The notes under the pieces were generated by a model. It worked only from the letters and a program-made list of their open reading frames with translations, searched no databases and was not told where the DNA came from. The translations under genes were made by a program, and so were the position numbers. A stretch of DNA of 64,000 nt, taken from contig BFEA01000034.1 in NCBI GenBank assembly GCA_003427395.1, forward strand, positions 727,292 through 791,291. The letters run 5' to 3'. Source of the stretch: Chara braunii. Lineage: Eukaryota > Plantae > Charophyceae. This document shows, piece by piece, positions 1 through 12,110 of this stretch. How positions within the stretch are numbered: position 1 is the stretch's first letter; the number at the start of each line of letters is the position of its first letter.

Positions 1-929
1 GCTCCTACTAGCGCCCAACGCTGAAGACTACTGCTAACGCTACTACTACTCTTGCAACGCTCCTCCAGAGTGTTGCTGCGGAATCCTGAAGACTAACTCC
101 TGCCTCCTACACATGAAGTGCCTGAGAAGTTCCTATGAACTACCTCGTGACTCCCTGCAGCCTATAGGGCGGGCCAATCTTATATAGTGCTAGCCCGTCC
201 AGGAGGCTGCTCTTGCCAATGCCAAAACGTGCTCGACCCTGGCGTTGAAGTTCAAACAAAGGCTGTCCTGAAAACAGGCCCAAAACGGTTTGTGCTAAAA
301 CACTGGTCTGGTGCCTAAGTTTCAGGGCAGGTCGATCTTATGGCCCTCCGTTTCAAGCTGAAAAGATTCAGGGCATGTAGGCTCTTGTTTTCAGGCTTTC
401 AGGCTGAAACAAAACAGGGTCTGAAGGACCTCGTTTTCAAGATTTTAGGCTGAAATGAAAACAGGCCCTACACATACGCACCCTCAGTCTACCAGGTCAG
501 GCCCTGCTGGGCCCGTGTGGTACCGAGTATGCCACACTTCCCTCTCCAGGGGTGCAAGCGCATCGAGTCGCGCTTACAGAGGTGCAAGGAGAGACGCAAA
601 AACAGCGCGAAGGTCTGTGAGTCCACGGACTGCTGAGCTTGGACTGTCGGGTGGATGGGCGCCTGGAAGACTGAGGGCGCCGCGACGATCTCCTCAGCTA
701 TAGTCCCGTCCGTGGGTAGTGGACGCATGGGAGTAGACATGGCAGGATGTGGAGAAAAACGTGGCGAAGGAGATGGTTTATGGCGTGGGGATAAAGGACC
801 ACCGGTGAGACGGAGGGGACCGCGGGAGCGGAGTGGGTAATTGTGAGTCAGCTCACATCGTGACCAGCGGGTAACGCGTGAGATGGTGGCACGAATCTGC
901 TCGAAGAGAGAGGAGTTCTTCGAGTCCAA

Positions 930-1118
930 GGTGCCTGACGGAAGGAAGCGGGAGAGAAGGGGGATTAGGAGAACCCTAAACCCTAAAAAAAATCTAAGAA
1001 AACTCTAACCGGGGTTTGTTCGGGTTTAGGGTGCCTAACGGGAGGAAGCGGGAGTGGAGGGGGGATAGGAGAACCCTAAACCTTGAAAAACCCTAAGAAA
1101 ACTCTAACCGGGGTTTGC
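930..1118. repeat. Two ~100-bp tandem copies containing telomere-like AACCCTAAACC motifs
   Basis: GGTGCCT(G/A)ACGG...GAGAACCCTAAACC...AAAACTCTAACCGGGGTTTG occurs twice. Confidence 0.75.
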
Positions 1119-2823
1119 GTGGTTAGGGTAGGGTAGCGGCGACCTAATCAAGAAAATAAAATAATCAAAGAAATTTCAAAATAAAAATAAAACAAGAATA
1201 AAAATAAATAAAGAAATAAATAAGAAAGGTGAAAAGATAAAGAATATTTATTTTTTTGGAATTTTTGGCAACATTTTCCTACCCCAATGGGATCACAAAG
1301 GTGCAAAGAGGAAGGAGAGACTTAGAGAAGCACACTTAAGTTACAATGTCAAAAATTATAATTTTCAAAAAAATAAATAAATAAATAAATAAATAAATAA
1401 GTAGACGAGGAGGTGAAGAGAAACTAAGTGTTGGATATTTCAAAACTTTCCACAACATTTTGTTACACCCATGAGGTCGAAGTGTGCCGTTAAGAAGAAA
1501 GGCCAAGTAAAATGAGAAGATTTTACCAGCACTATGCTACCCCCAAGGGGTCAAAACATGCTGAATATGAAGGAAAAAAAAAAAATCACAGCACTTCGTT
1601 ACCCCCACAGGATCAAAATGTGTGTCGAAAGCAAGAATGACTAATGCGAGGCTATGCCCGCTTAGCCCCTACGGGTCTTATTTGCAGCAAGGTCGGCCGC
1701 CCTAAGTGAAGGCAGGCACGACAGGCCCTCAGGGCCTCGTTTTCAGGGTACCCCCGCAAATGGGGAAATTCAGGCAGTTGCACAGCATCAGTTGGTTGAA
1801 TGAACTCAGGCCCTGGGCCGCCCGTGTGAATGAATGTAAAGCAGGCCCTGGGCTGGGTACGGGTACCGGGCCAGGCACAGGCCGAAAGCAGTTAGGCACA
1901 TGCAACTACTTCAGGCCCAATGCCTGCATTCCTCGTGACTGGGCCTCAGGCTACCGGGGCCTACTGGAAGCTTCTTGGACTGGACGCAGGCAAGTCACTG
2001 GGATAAAGGAAAGGGCCTGCCTCCTCATTTGACATTCGGGTGCTGGCTGCATGCAGCGACAGCGCTGCTGCGCTATTTACTGGCTGGCGCCCTCGCACTC
2101 ACGGGCGAGTGTGGAAGAAGCAGGCAGCCATAGCCACGCTGCCTGCTGTAAGTTGGGTTGGGCGCAGGTTGGTCCTTGGATGCTAGAGGCATCTGTGCGG
2201 TGAGGATCGGGGTTGAGAGCGAAGCGGGAGTCATACCTGGTGCTTGAGGCGAGCGGCATTGGCCGCATATGCTCGTACTTCGGTGAAGCTGTTGACGTCA
2301 ACTTCGGCATTGTAGTAGTAGGCTAGATAGGATCTGCCATCTTGTAGTCTGGGCGCCGAGCGCCAATAGGATACCAACTCTCTTTGTTGATGATGATGAG
2401 AGACAACTTCAGCATTGTCAATTATGAACTATTGATGTGTTCTTATTTGGTATAACTCGTGATGCCATTCTGCTTATGGTTCGAGGTCATGGCTATTTGG
2501 TCACTCATGTATGGTGCTGTTTGAGTTCTGGAATTCGCTATTGCTCATCTTCCTTGCACTAAGTCCTAATCAGACTTGAGGGTGCCACAAAGAAATTCGA
2601 ATTTTCAGAATAAACAAAAATAAAATAAAATAAAATAGATCAGAAAATAAGAAAAAAAGGTGGGGAAAAGATAATTCCAATTTTTGGGAAAAAAAAGAGG
2701 AGATTTAAATCCAAGAGAAAGAAAAAGAAAAAAAATTGAAGTTGGGGGGGAAGGGAGATGAAAGAGTGATGAAGAAAGAGAGAGAGAAAGAGTGAAATGG
2801 GAGATGGGGGAGATGGGGGAGAT

Positions 2824-2978
2824 GATGGGGTTGTAGTTGGGGGGGAAGAGGGAGAGGACGGTTGTAGAATGGGAGAGAAGGATATGGAAAAGGTGGAGAA
2901 GATCATGGGGTTGTAGTTGGGGGGGAAGAGGGAGTGGACGGTGGTAGAATGGGAAAGACGGATATGGAAAAGGTGGAA
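2824..2978. repeat. Two ~80-bp purine-rich tandem copies in a G/A-rich low-complexity tract
   Basis: ATGGGGTTGTAGTTGGGGGGGAAGAGGGAG...GGATATGGAAAAGGTGGA is repeated. Confidence 0.7.
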
Positions 2979-4045
2979 TGGGAGGAAGATGGTGAGTGGG
3001 GAGGAGAGGAGAGAGAAAAGGTTGTGGAAGATGAGTGAAGAGGGAGGTAGAAGGAGGTAGTGGTAGGGTTAGAAAGGATGATTAGATGGGGGGGGGAGAG
3101 AGAAAAGGGTTTGGGGGAGAGTAGGTTAGTGGGTAGGATGGTAATACCAAGCTCTTGGGTGGCCAAGAGCAGAGCACTGCCAAGATCCAGAGGATCTTGG
3201 CCTTCAAGATGCTGCTGGCCTGATACACGAGGAGATTGTTATGATCGTTGTTGTGTCCGCATTGAAGAAATGCGGCAAAGTCTTTGAATCATTGTCCAAT
3301 GCTTGAATCAAATGCCTAGTGGCATGATCAAAGCGGATGATCGTAAACTTTGTCCTCCTTCACGCTCTTAAATGAAACAATCCATGGAATCCTTAATTCA
3401 TCAACAAAAAAAAATCTGGGGTGGGCTGAGATCTTGGTCAGCAGCCCAGATGTCACAGTAGTGCAGCCCCCTAGCCAGGGGGGTCTTCAAGATCCACAGC
3501 AAGCGGCCACGTGGCACTCCAGATAGGCACCAGATACCAGTCACGTGTGCAGGCGGCAGCAACCACGACCACCCGGGGGGGGTGGGGGGGACCAAATAGT
3601 TGTCTTGCCGCACGCTGCTCGCCGCTCGCCGACAGGAGGTAAATAGCTGCCGTGGCACTTCTTCAACACCACCGAGCCACGATATCAGCTCACATTGTGG
3701 CTTTGGCCAGTGTGATAAGGCATTGGCCACGCACGCGCATGAGTGGCAACTGCCCAGGTTCAAACCCTGGCAGCAGCAGCATCCCGGATCTTACTGATAT
3801 ATAATCCGGGGGCGGGGCGGGGCGGCGTGGGCGTGTGGCGCGCGTGCGACGGCCTTGGCGCTTGCGCGCACGCATACTGGCGCCAGTCTCCTTTTTCGCC
3901 ACGTGTCCGCCTCTCCACGCTGCTGCTTTTCTTCGCTGTTTCTCTTTGTCTCCACCCTGAAAAACCCTGAAAATCCCGCTATCGGGATTACAGCAATTTC
4001 CCTCCGTTACTGGAGGTCGGACGGGTTGGAGCGGGGACCGTTCCC

Positions 4046-4057
4046 GCTCTGATACCA
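4046..4057 (-). promoter_or_regulatory. Primer-binding site TGGTATCAGAGC (initiator tRNA-Met)
   Basis: Exact 12-nt canonical plant retrotransposon PBS, 1 nt from the LTR-like terminus at 4059. Confidence 0.85.
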
Positions 4058-4895
4058 GTGTGACGGACCCGCCGGGATGGCGGTCCGTCAGGATCAACAC
4101 GGAGGGTTGAGGAAGGAGGAGATGCAGATGGAGCTGGAAGGGACAGCGCAGCTCTGAAGCAGACTCAACATGCAAGTACTCCAAAGTGTGCAAATGCAGA
4201 ATGAACCAGAATACAGACTGCAGCGGACTGACTGGACTGGCCTGGTACCGCGCAGGACTGGACTGGACTGAAACAGCACATGGCCTGTGGGGTCGGGCCA
4301 CGGCCTGGTCCCACAGGCCGAACAGGCAAATAGCCGAATAGGCTCTGGCTGTAGGCCAGGGCAGACAGAGGCCCACTGCAGACCTGCTCTACACTTCATG
4401 TACTCTGAAATAAACCCAGAGCAAACACTTGCTGTCCATTCTTGTTAAGATGTCATGTGAATGTGCGCATGTGTGCATTTTTTTCCCTCTCATACAAGCA
4501 CTAACATATTCAAGGAAAAGAAATAAGGGAGCTCTACCCACCTCCCATTCCCAGCTGGTTTAAACCTGTGATGGGCCAAAACCATTCACCATGAGGGTCT
4601 ACACCTGGAGAAAAACCGAAACTGCACAAAACAGAGTGTGAATGAACACATGAATCCCCTTCCAACATCCCCTCCCACCCTTGTAGATCAAACCCACATA
4701 CCTCCCGCCCCAGTACTAAATAATTTAGTTAATGACCAGAAGGAATCGTCTACTTAGAGCAATTACATAAACCACTCCATCAACAGAACACAAAGACAGC
4801 CGGAAGAGTGCAGTCAAAGCCATGACCATTGCTGATGCAAAAGACTCATCAGATCAAGGGTAACTGCAACAGACTCGTCAGATCAAGAAGGATAC

Positions 4896-4961
4896 TATTG
4901 AAAGATGCCTCATCAGTGACATCATAAACCAGCAGAATGCCCATAGCTCCTCGGTAATACG
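4896..4961 (-). CDS. RABE1: RabE1 coding exon 4 ([22 protein letters not shown])
   Basis: TTGCAG acceptor and GTATC donor; 66 nt; [15 protein letters not shown] is typical of RabE/Rab8. Later exons (with the NKxD motif) were not found, so they lie left of the window. Confidence 0.96.
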
Positions 4962-7743
4962 CTGCAAGACCCAGACCACAGGCATTTCCACCCAGTCAGA
5001 ACATACCCAAAGGAGAAAGTGTCTCAGCATATACCCCAAAACCCAGCAAACACATGCCCAAAAACCGCAATTTTGGAAGACCATGCAAACAGCGCGCCAT
5101 CCCGAGTGAAAGACAAGAATAAACAGGTCAGGGAGAAAAGAAAAACAAACCAGTGACAGAAACAACCACTTTGGGAAATGACATGAACAGAGCAAAGTAA
5201 GCATTTTAGACCTAAACCAACACTTATATTGTCATTCATTTGTTTTTTCATTCTGAAATGCGGAGCCTTTGAATAGCACTGAAGGTAAAAGACGATCACA
5301 TGCTTGGCCCACTCTGACGGTTTCACAAAAACTAGTTTCTTCCTCCTTTTTCTCTTTTGTGCTGTATCTCAGACATCGAGTAGTGTGGCGCTGCATGGAA
5401 AAAGCAGTGTTTCAGGTTTCCAATGTTGTTACCATGCTGCAAGACTGGCAACCACGACAACATACAGTTGTTTGCAGTCTCCACGTTGTATTCCCTTGGA
5501 CTGGTGGTTTAAAGGGGGGGAAGAAAAACGACAAGTTATGACCATTACCGATTCCACGGAAGCCCGGCCACCACGAGGGCATTTTGGCAGCTTTCAAGAA
5601 TGTGTGCTCGCTCCCCTTGCAAGTACCATAACATTGCCCGTGAGCAGTCAGACATCTTGTGCACTAGCGAGATTTACAGCCCTAACGTCCCAAAGGAAGT
5701 TTAATTTCCAACTTTTAGATTCTCATGAAGCATTCCGGATCTGAAATAAAATAGAGTTACGCTCCACATCCACAAACGAGTGGACAGACTACGTGGGGGC
5801 ATCAGACTACATAGGCGATGCTGGGAAATATCATCCTTGCTGACATCAAGCTCCCCTACAATACACCATGTGATGAGCAGCGTGTCCCTATTTGAGCTTG
5901 ACCTGGGCAGTCAAAAAGAGGACAACTCTTTGCTGATTCCCGCCTACCACTAGCAGCCGACATTGACCTTGCACAACTCGCTCCATACGGAAGGTGCGGG
6001 AACTGCTCATGAAACCAAAAAACAACATGTAAAGATGGAAAAGAGCATGCAGCAACAGCTTAACCGATGCCAATTGCCTTGCCCATTCCGCAAAGAAGAC
6101 TTGGGGGATCGTTTTCCTTCAAGGAGTTCAGCCTCAAGCAAGACATCTCACCGCTACTTCCCAAATGGTTCAAACCTTGGCCCATCCCCTCCACAGCTCG
6201 CTACCAGCTCAGCAGACACTCGTTTGCCATCGATATGCCAGTTCATCCATGGCTGCAGCCAATGCTCCATCCATCCCAGTTACACCCTTACATTCCGGCT
6301 AGGAGTGACGACTTTCTGGACCAGCTTTGCCACGACACTTGCACAGTGCCACCAAAAGCCATGCAGTACAAGATACCCCTTTAGGAAGTGCAATTGGTCC
6401 GATAGGCCTGGAATTCCCCAGTCAAAATCTGTTACATCAGAAGCCTCCGATGGCCGATAACCTGCTCCACACTCCCGGTCAATCATTGGCTCCACGTCCA
6501 AAGGAGCAATAGTCACCCTAAGAGTTCTGCCCACTGTATTACAAAGCTCACAAAATACAATTTCTCCCGAACTGATACCCGACTTCAACCAAGCCTTCAT
6601 GACAGTTGGCACCCACAACAACGCCAGGCCAGGCCTTCCAAGAAGAACAGCAGCCAGACCCAACATAACCGGGCGTATTGTTACCCCACCCAATTCCGAC
6701 CAGGAAACCAACCATCGCTTCGCTAATACCACCCAGTAACAACACTAGCTTTTCGCCACCCAGAACCACACACACCCAGCCTGACTACTACTGTAGACCA
6801 ATTCGTGTGGACCAACAGAGAGCACTTTTGACAACATTTATTTGACAGCAACCAAGGGAGCAGGACTAAAATGACTCCTTGAGGCAGCTGGCATTGACAG
6901 CAGGTATCTGATAACTTTTTTGGTAGCTGCCCAAAAACACTGGGGGGCTACCATCTTCCCCTGACTGAGGCCAGAAACAGCAATCAATTGAGAACACAAA
7001 AGGCCTGTTTCTTGTTCCATATACTGGGCCAAGAGTCCTGACTTTCCATTCGTTCAAGGCCGGTACAGGTACCACCTTCATTTTTCCAAAGGCCGTTACA
7101 GTTCACTTTCGGCCCGGCAAAATGCACTCTGTCGTTCATCAATTCCACTTCAGATGGACTGGTGGTTAAGCAGCAGCAAGCACCAAAATACTTCCACCCA
7201 TTTTCGCACTACCCTGAGCACGAGTTCCTCACCAGCCGGCAAGAAAGTCAATAAAACTCCCCGCTGCACATGGCCGGCACCATAGGACCTGACTCGCAAC
7301 ATGAGTGACAATGGTCACAGAATCCACTCTGACACCAAAATGCACGGAACCAATCAATGAGAACTCGTAGCGGTACATACACATCTGAGCAGAGATGAAA
7401 GAAGAATACCAAAATCAAGAACAAACCAAATGAGAATACACCAAAATCAACAACAAACCAAATGAGAATACACTGAACAGTGAAGTCTCTTGAGCAAGCC
7501 AGCCATAGTCCTCCTGGGCTGTAGTATGCAGTCCCTACTGCCTACCGACCTTGACGTGGGTTCAACTAGTTCGTAGCATAGATGAAGCCAAGCAGTGTTG
7601 AACCACCAGTACACCCGGGCTTGGAGGCGCTGCTGCATGCCAAGCTTTCCCAGCATAACAGCACACCTTTTTTCTTTTTAGGCTGATGAAGCCAGCCATT
7701 GTGGTCAGTACATAGCATGCCACGCTTACAATGTATTTTTCTT

Positions 7744-8269
7744 GGAAAATTTGAAAAAAGGCCCCTGAAATTTGTGTTTATATGCGATTTGTCCCTCCAA
7801 CGGCCGACTTACCCTGATTTGCCCCTCTGACAACGATTCAAGTTTCCAGAAACCCCCCTGGTGTCCATTGGGCCTGAGAAATTCTCAATGTGCCCCTACC
7901 GGTACCGGTGCCAAATTTCCAGTATGCTTAGCCGTTGACTACAACCACAATAAATTTTTATATGCCTCTACCGGTACCATGCATCTTTTCAGTATGCCCT
8001 TCTGCCCGTTGCTGGCAGTGGCACCCGTTCCCCTGGCCCTGGGAGAGTTGCTACCGGGGCATACCAGAAATTTGCACATGCTCCTATCTTTCTGCTGCTC
8101 CCTCCATTGTTTTCCATGGACTTGGGCAAACCGCAAATAAACGCAGGGGCATTTCAAAAAATTTCCGTGAGAGGGGCAAACCGCAAATTTGCCTTGAGAG
8201 GGTGAAAAGCCGTCAGAGGGGCAAACCGCAAATAAAGAAAAATTTCAGGGGCATTTTAAAAAAATTCCC
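7744..8269. mobile_element. Mutator-like MITE
   Basis: Imperfect long TIRs (GGAAAATTTGAAAAAAGGCCCCTGAAATTT / AAATTTCAGGGGCATTTTAAAAAAATTCCC), subterminal TTTGCCCCTC repeats, and a candidate 9-bp TSD ATTTTTCTT / TTTTTTCTT (1 mismatch, T-rich). Confidence 0.7.
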
Positions 8270-8690
8270 TTTTTTCTTTCGCACCGCATATAAAAGCTAC
8301 GCTGTACTCGGTTGTAAGCTACCCTTGGTGAAAAAAAACATTGGGCAGCAGGCCCTGAAGTTTAGTTGATAGGAAATATAGAAGATTTTTTTTTGACATA
8401 CCTTTTTGTGTGTGTTTTCGGAAGCCATTTTTGGGCCTCTTTTGGACGTCTCATCAGGCCAAAACAGGATACAGACAAAAGGATCATCTAGGACAACGGC
8501 ACAAATGCCTTGGGGGCTTTGTTATGAACATGATTGTCCGTTGAAATTTTATCAACGCTCACTCACAGGAACTCCCGTACATGCCCATACATGCACAGAA
8601 GGAAGGGGAGAGGTAGTGGAGTGTCACACCGCCCAACAGAAAGAACGCAGCGGAAGACTCAGAGGAGCGAAGTGACAGAACACACAAAAC

Positions 8691-9583
8691 TGTAGATTCT
8701 CTCCACACAGGTCCCAATGATCATTCATAGAAGACAACCGAGTGATCACAGACAGAAATCAATGAAGAGATGACAACTCAAACACAGTAATACAACTGTT
8801 TATTAAACTCAGAGCATCGTTTTCACTGAATAACCTCAGAACCCTGTCGCGCTACCCTCAGAGGGGTAGCGCCTCAACCCCACACGCACCGAGCAGCTAA
8901 AAATAGCACCAGAACCCCAGGTAACACCCAGCGCCACCCTGACATCCAACTCGGTGGCCTGAGCCAAGATGAAACAGGCTCCCAGAGCCTATCGCCACCC
9001 AGATGATGAAGAAGAAGCTCAGCGTCAACAGTCCCTGATGAAGATGTAGTCCAGACGATGATATCATCTGAGAAGATGCAGCTATGGCTGCATCCCACTG
9101 GGACCCTACTCCGGAGGAGGGTCAGCAGTGCACCACGTGCTCCAACGCATCCGACCTCCGATAGCCAAGACCGCTTTGACTCCCAGAGAGTCAGAGCGGA
9201 CAGCGTTGACCCCAGTCTGGTCAGCGCTCCGAAGGTCTGGCCATGTCCGCCGTCTCCCACACTGGAATCAGCAACCACGACCTGATACCGTGTGCGCAGC
9301 AACTTCCACCACGAAGTGTCAACTGCCCCAAAGCCCCGGACCGAAGTCTCCATCCTATCTATACTCTAAACTAGCCTAGACACGACCTAGACTGGACCAA
9401 TTGACCGACCGGCACCGTTTCTGTTTCGGCCTCTACGGCCTCTCCCTACCCGGCTAGGCTATAGGACCGTCTATCAGCGTAGGCCCATTGGGCCTGTCTG
9501 TCCTAGGGGTAGCCCGGGCGTGTTATTCGCAGTTAGGGTAGCTGTAGGAAATTCGAGTTAGTATTGGGCCCATGTTTCCTACA
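8691..9583 (-). mobile_element. Possible solo-LTR remnant
   Basis: TGTAG...CTACA termini; minus-strand TATATAG (~9359-9365) upstream of AATAAA (8799-8804). No TSD found; left boundary could instead be ~8622. Confidence 0.35.
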
Positions 9584-11103
9584 TTTACAAATATGTCCCT
9601 CACCAATTTTCCTTACAGGTAGGTCTCTCGGTTAGCCCTCAGCCAAACAAACCTATGGTACAGCCTCGTCAGAGAGAGGCTACAGGCAACCTGGAACCAG
9701 CAAGTCATTGCAGCCTTGTCATTCGACCGTTTGTCTGCTGCACACCCCAGGGCACTGACTTGCAAAGTGTTCCTGTTGTCCTTCAGTAACATGCGTAAGA
9801 GAGAGAGAGAGAGGGCGCTATTTGACACTGGCACACGCCAGACGCAGCAGTTGTGAGAGAGAGAGAAAGAGAGTTGTAGCATGCTTCCACGTGGCAGGCA
9901 CGGCAGTTGAGAGAGAGAGAGAGGGAGAAGAGGTGCTGTCGGACCCTGCCACATGGAAGGCTCAGCACTTCAGAGAAAGAGCGAGAGACGCAGATAGACA
10001 TGTTGCCATTGTCAAGTGGGCTTGTATCAGGGAAAGGAGGCGGAGTACACTTATATGATTTCGCTCCCGGAGTCATATTACCAGGATTACCTCGGATGAG
10101 TTCATAGCAGTGTATTAGGAAGGATACGTCCGAAACAACCTCGATAAGGTTGCAAAATTTGCCATGAACAGTACCATCTAACTAGCACCCGTATTGCATT
10201 GTGTAGAATGCACATAGAACGGGTGCAAAGTCTGCAGTTTCAAGACTGCCGGCAGACTATGCACAATACTAACACCATGGACTATGTTAGCATTGTCTAT
10301 GCATACTCTGCTGATAGTCCTGGGACTGAACACACTTTGTATCCGTTCTATGCGATGTCTACACTACTGTGGACTGCACATACAATACCTTCGGCCGAGG
10401 TGTGGGGGGGGGAGACATGGTTTTTTGTTTTTTATGGGAGGTGGGGGAGCACTTCGCTGCAGGAAAGGGACAAAGTATTCGTAGTGGTAGACTGGTGGGA
10501 GTACAGCCCAGGGCGGTTTCCGCCCTGTTCACATCGCGGGATTGAAATCACTGTGTATGAGACTCCACCAGCCCCCACCAGCCAAAAATAAAAACATTTT
10601 GGGAAACGATGTTGTACCCATGTAGGTGGGCGAGGGACATGGTACACGTGCATACTACACATGATTTGCTTACATCGCATACAAATGAACGCCTGGGTCC
10701 GGTAGACCCGAGCAGTAAAATTTTCACAGCAAACAGATTTCTGCAAGACAGGGGCCGTGTATTGGTGGTTTAATTTTAGCACTACGAAGAACGGGAATCG
10801 GCACAGCTGTAGCCTCGAGCTCGCACAGTATACTGCACCATTTTTCAGTCTGGTCCATAGGGATCACCGCATGCAGGTTTACATGTGGTTCTGGATTTCA
10901 TCCAGGATTCTCATATGCATATTCAATTTCGGTTATGCAAAGTTTTCAACGAGTGTGAGCTGCTTCCACTAAGTATGGGTACGTCATGGTCGCAAGGAGT
11001 CATTTTAATTCCGGCATAACACCAACCAACCTGGCAAAGCAGCACAATCATAGTCAAAACCCAACAGGAAACAGAGCACAGAGGGCCAAAGAGTTATGTG
11101 CTA

Positions 11104-11220
<117 letters not shown>

Positions 11221-11885
11221 TCATCCCACCCAACAGATTGTCATCGGATGGTTGGCCGTCTGTCAAATGCACAGACACTAGGTTCTATTGCACATGATAT
11301 TCTTTATAGGATTCATGACTCTCAGAGAATGAATGCTCACAATACACATCAGAAGCACTCGACTAAACAGGCACGGCTTCTCGTCACTTCACGTATAACA
11401 TATATCTGATATCATTACAACTCCACATGTGGAATCAAATCACCACCTCTTGTTCCAGTAGCCACGACTTCACAGGACAAGCCTACAGTACACATCACAA
11501 GTGTCAACTTCAACTGACAAATCCAAATGCGCATGCCACTAAACCTCAACCTACAACCATTACAAATTGCGGACAGACTCTGATAAAGTTGCACTGCCAC
11601 GATCACAAACAACACACTTGAGACTGTGATAAACTTTTTGAAACCAGCTGGTCTCCCATAGCCTTCCAAACCAAGCAGTGCCTCGAGAGGACTCCCTCAA
11701 ACGACGGTGCACATCCAGGCTTGGAAACGCCCTACGTGGCAAAAAAGAACGAACCAGCTTCGTCCTCCTTTTGGCTGGCACCACCAGCCATTTTGCTCAG
11801 GAGGCCAAGCCCCGAAAGTTGTGGCTGCATTGCAAGCCGAATACTGTATTCTTTGGCTTGGGAACGAACTGGTTGTTTAACACAC

Positions 11886-11888
<3 letters not shown>

Positions 11889-11983
<95 letters not shown>

Positions 11984-12013
11984 NNNNNNNNNNNNNNNNN
12001 NNNNNNNNNNNNN

Positions 12014-12062
<49 letters not shown>

Positions 12063-12110
12063 GCGTGTGCGTGCGGGTGCGTGTGTGTGTGTGTGCGTGT
12101 GTGTGTGTGT
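11889..12110. repeat. Compound (CT)n/(GT)n microsatellite spanning a 30-N gap
   Basis: Directly visible. Confidence 0.95.

Larger units (their letters stand above)
1..4428 (-). mobile_element. Probable non-autonomous LTR retrotransposon remnant inside RabE intron 4 (partial 5' LTR from 4059; candidate 3' LTR at <1-471)
   Basis: tRNA-iMet PBS on minus strand adjacent to a ...CA LTR end. The left end has a minus-strand TATATAAG (~179-188) and a ...CCCTACA end at 471. No recognisable gag/pol; linking both ends into one element is inference. Confidence 0.45.

Noticed and set aside
5750-7450. Possible decayed TE coding sequence (also ~16000-16400, ~17600-17960, ~36400-37900)
   Set aside because: No motif I can identify by eye; needs tBLASTx or HMM searches.
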